From Candidatus Moanibacter sp. (GTDB taxonomy: Bacteria > Verrucomicrobiota > Verrucomicrobiia > Opitutales > UBA2987), in contig CBDCEW010000028.1 of NCBI GenBank assembly GCA_965215885.1, forward strand, positions 1-20,041: a stretch of 20,041 nucleotides of DNA, written 5' to 3'. Of this stretch, positions 17,512-20,041 are shown in pieces (position 1 is the stretch's first letter; every line of letters starts with the position of its first letter). The notes beneath the pieces are model-generated. The model did no database searches. It saw nothing but the letters and a program-made list of their open reading frames with translations, and was not told where the DNA came from. Both the position numbers and the translations under genes were made by a program.

Positions 17512-18231
17512 GTGAATGACGCCAATCGCTACCCCCTTCGCCTCCGAGATATGGCCGTCAATGAGCGACCACAGGAGCGCCTCCGGAATCAGGGCGCGGC
17601 AGCTCTCAGCGACACCGAACTAATGGCCATGCTTTTGCGAAAAGGGAGCAAAGACCAGGATGTCCTTGCCCTTTCCAGTCGGCTTATCGCGGAAGCCGGT
17701 TCGCTGGCCGGTCTGCTTACCTGGACGGAATCCGACTTCATTAAGCTCAACGGCATCGGGCGGGTGAAAGCACTCCAGCTTATTACTGTTATGGAAGTGG
17801 CCCGCCGAATCCTCTCTCAGGAAGGAGGTCCCAATCCTGCTTTTCCCACCCCCGATACCGTATCAGAGTACATTGGCCCGATTGCAGCAGGTCTCGAAGT
17901 GGAAAAATTTTGGGTTCTCTGTCTCAATCGAAAAAACCGTCTCATCAAGAGGGTCGAGGTTACCTCCGGCACCGCCAGCAACAGCCTCGTCCATCCGCGG
18001 GAAGTCTTCCGGGAGGCCATCCGTATGAGCGCATCGGCTGTAATCTGTGTTCACAATCATCCGAGTGGCGACCCATCACCGAGTAAGTCCGACATTTCAA
18101 TCACCCGTCAGCTGCGCCAAGCTTCAGCGACTGTTGAAATTGACCTTCTCGACCATATAATTGTCGGCCAAAAGCATTCCGATCCCGCCAGCCGCGGATA
18201 TTACAGCTTCTCCGAAGCCGGCCTCCTCTAG
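17512..18231 (+). CDS. radC: RadC/JAB-domain protein
   Basis: ERPQERL...ALSDTELMAMLL, HhH GIGRVKA, VHPREVF, HNHPSGDPSPSKSD, LLDHIIVG. Confidence 0.95.
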   Translation: MNDANRYPLRLRDMAVNERPQERLRNQGAAALSDTELMAMLLRKGSKDQDVLALSSRLIAEAGSLAGLLTWTESDFIKLNGIGRVKALQLITVMEVARRILSQEGGPNPAFPTPDTVSEYIGPIAAGLEVEKFWVLCLNRKNRLIKRVEVTSGTASNSLVHPREVFREAIRMSASAVICVHNHPSGDPSPSKSDISITRQLRQASATVEIDLLDHIIVGQKHSDPASRGYYSFSEAGLL

Positions 18232-18409
18232 CCCGAACATTTCACAAATCTTCTGCTGCGATCGCAGATATCACTGCATCTCAAACCCTTCCCTTGCCCG
18301 GCGACCTCAGAGGGTCTTAACACACTGTCGCCCGCCTTGCTGCGGAAAGTCTCTGATATGCAGCAATCTACGCGGTCTCGCTACGAAGTGTGTGAAATGT
18401 CCGGGCTAG
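18228..18409. mobile_element. Family-C MITE copy 1 (182 bp)
   Basis: IRs CTAGCCCGAACATTTCACA / TGTGAAATGTCCGGGCTAG (18/19); starts at the radC TAG; a further left end (CTAGCCCGAACATCTCACA) begins at 18406. Confidence 0.82.
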
Positions 18410-18488
18410 CCCGAACATCTCACAGATTTCCCAGCAATCAATTGTCATACGCGAAAACAATTGACATTTCACCTCGACCTTTCCCACT

Positions 18489-18527
18489 GCATCCCGCCTG
18501 CCCTGAGCTTGTCGAAGGGCATCCCGC
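18489..18527. repeat. 21-nt mini-repeat between 9-bp direct repeats
   Basis: GCATCCCGC-[CTGCCCTGAGCTTGTCGAAGG]-GCATCCCGC. Confidence 0.65.
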
Positions 18528-18841
18528 TTCACCGGTCCATGCGCTCCGCTACCGCGTTCTGCCGGCGCGGAATATCCCGCAGTGTCACAACTCCGATAAG
18601 CCTACTCTCCCTTCTCCTCTCTAACCCTACATTTTTCCGGCCTTTGGTACGTGTTCAGCGTCGTGGCTTATGGTCTTAGAGTTCTTGCAGATTTATTTGC
18701 CAAGCGGGACAAGAACGTGGGAGGGGGTTAACCGGAATCGACTTCTATTTGACCCCTTCTTGCGAAGATCGAACTATGGCACCTGCCATCACGATAAACG
18801 AGTAAGGCCTTCCAAGGCCCGAAAAATGTGCAGAAAAAGAC

Positions 18842-18869
18842 TTGGCAATCGAGTGTTCGGCTCTAACTT
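18842..18869 (+). promoter_or_regulatory. Possible sigma-70 promoter for tRNA-Tyr
   Basis: TTGGCA-16 bp-TAACTT preceded by an A-rich tract. Confidence 0.35.
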
Positions 18870-18876
18870 CAGGCTG

Positions 18877-19059
18877 CTGGCCCGGATATTTCACACACTT
18901 CGTCGCGAGGCCGTGTAGATTGCTGTCCATGGAGACGCTTCAGCAGGCAGGCGGATGAAAGCGTGTTTAGACACCTTGAAGTCGGCTGACAACGCAACGC
19001 CTTCATGGTTCCCGGCTTGCCGGGATCGCAGTAGATGGCTTGTGAAATATCCGGGCTAG
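18877..19059. mobile_element. Family-C MITE copy 2 (183 bp, inverted relative to copy 1)
   Basis: IRs CTGGCCCGGATATTTCACA / TGTGAAATATCCGGGCTAG; its first 49 nt match the reverse complement of 18361-18409 at 44/49. Confidence 0.82.
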
Positions 19060-19071
19060 ATTCTGGCGACT

Positions 19072-19157
19072 GGTGGGATACCCAAGTGGTCAAAGGGGGC
19101 AGACTGTAAATCTGCTGCGGTATCGCTTCGGAGGTTCGAATCCTCCTCCCACCACCA
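19072..19157 (+). tRNA. tRNA-Tyr (GTA)
   Basis: GGTGGGA/TCCCACC acceptor stem, anticodon loop CTGTAAA, long variable arm, GGTTCGAATCC, CCA. Confidence 0.97.
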
Positions 19158-19301
19158 ATTTGATGATCAACGACTTATAGAATAATATCGGCTGTCTGTC
19201 ATGCTGATTAACCATACCCCACATTGCGGATTATTCCCCAATTCAGGCAATAATCGGCAGATTTTTTGGCAAAATTTTGGCAAAGCCGGATACAGAGACC
19301 A

Positions 19302-19472
19302 ATGGCAAGGATGCGAAAAGGTGTATGCGCTCTCTGCGAAAAGGAGGCTTTCCTCTGCTATTCGCACGTGATTCCAGAGTTATTTTACCAACCTTTGTAT
19401 ACTAAATCCGGGCACAAATTCCAGGTTCGGTCGACTGATTCGGGCGATAGGGAAGTAACTTACCAGAAAGGG
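19302..19472 (+). pseudogene. Truncated HNH-like zinc-binding protein
   Basis: CALC...LCYSHVIP...YQKG; the second CxxC expected after QKG is missing. Confidence 0.5.
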
Positions 19473-19473
19473 A

Positions 19474-19874
19474 GATTCCAGTCACATCGATGCACTGGAT
19501 CCAAGTGGTGTCAGAATTACGAAGGCCAGGCTTCCCTATCGACGTTTGGACAAGTTCCGAAAGAAAGGTCCAGATAATCAATACTTCTGAGCAATTGCGA
19601 TTGAAGGAGTGCTTCGAAATCCGTCTGCAATTTTCAAGGGGTTGATGCGGGACAACCAAGGGCAAAGTTATTGCTATGTGGGAATACCTGAAAAGCTCTA
19701 TAGTGATGAATCCACGACAGTTCCGTTTCCACCGGGATTTGTGTTTGCAGTTTTCTTGACCGTAACTTGGAGATACTAAAATGGAACCTGGTAAAAGCAG
19801 ATGAACGTGAGGCGACATTACCAGAGGATTTCCGTAACCGGTTCAGTGAACTAATATGGCCAAAAGTGAACTAG
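19474..19874 (+). pseudogene. Toxin-like (PBECR/BECR-type?) pseudogene
   Basis: Reads ...NQYF*AIAIEGVLRNPSAIFKGL...YCYVGIP...PPGFVFAVFLT/NLEILKWNLVKAD...RFSELIWPKVN*; no start codon, TGA at 19588, frameshift near 19762. Confidence 0.5.
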
Positions 19875-20041
19875 AAGAGTATATCAGATCGAATAAGTGC
19901 GAGGGGTTTAGCCCTCATACCGACTTTGCTTCCGGCTCTGATACGCTCGCTATCTATGTGTCGAACGAAGAGTCATACGCGGATCGCGTTGATGAGTTTT
20001 TGACTGCGTACCTGTCTCTTGACGGAAAGCGATTAACGGGT
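19856..20041 (+). CDS. Small DUF2283-like (putative antitoxin) protein, runs off the right edge
   Basis: MAKSELEEYIRSNKCEGFSPHTDFASGSDTLAIYVSNEESYADRVDEFLTAYLSLDGKRLTG; DxLxIY and ...GxxLTG pattern; overlaps the upstream gene end. Confidence 0.5.
   Translation, partial: MAKSELEEYIRSNKCEGFSPHTDFASGSDTLAIYVSNEESYADRVDEFLTAYLSLDGKRLTG

Noticed and set aside
17512..18231. radC as mobile-element or anti-defence cargo
   Set aside because: It is the full-length HhH+JAB form in a housekeeping operon, not the short JAB-only mobile type.
18560..18630. Possible IS110/IS1111-like non-coding end (minus strand GTAGGCTTATCGGAGTTGTGACAC)
   Set aside because: Only a vague resemblance; no transposase or matching partner repeat.
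18228..19059. CRISPR array or integron attC cassette array
   Set aside because: Repeats are terminal inverted repeats around homologous cores; no regular direct repeats with unique spacers, no cas or intI genes, no GTTRRRY-bounded cassettes.
18161..19093. Short ORFs in the radC-tRNA spacer
   Set aside because: They are translations of MITE and repeat sequence; shared peptides such as KCVKCPG and KCVKYPG come from the IRs.

Overview
Bacterial chromosomal window, probably Verrucomicrobiota/Opitutales (inferred from gene content and protein style). Left arm (- strand): a sigma-54 module made of an NtrC-type regulator, a sigma-54 promoter with paired enhancer sites, an exported helical ZraP/Spy-like protein, an outer-membrane beta-barrel gene and a membrane sensor (probable histidine kinase) that runs off the left edge and is missing from the ORF track. 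The barrel gene carries four lesions, including endless internal fragments of two different transposases, and an intact IS4-family element sits just downstream of it. Next come a large FG-GAP/Ig surface protein (one homopolymer frameshift) and tRNA-Cys. Right arm (+ strand): parA, rnc, mfd (with an in-frame 132-bp duplication), a SurA-like PPIase, radC, tRNA-Tyr, then the edge of a decayed island (HNH-like fragment, toxin-like pseudogene, DUF2283-like gene). The strongest unannotated signal is three families of short inverted-repeat elements bounded by CTAG/YTAR. They start at TAG stop codons, stack by sharing CTAG junctions, are targeted by the IS4 element, and in one case are translated within Mfd. 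Several lesions may be long-read consensus artefacts.
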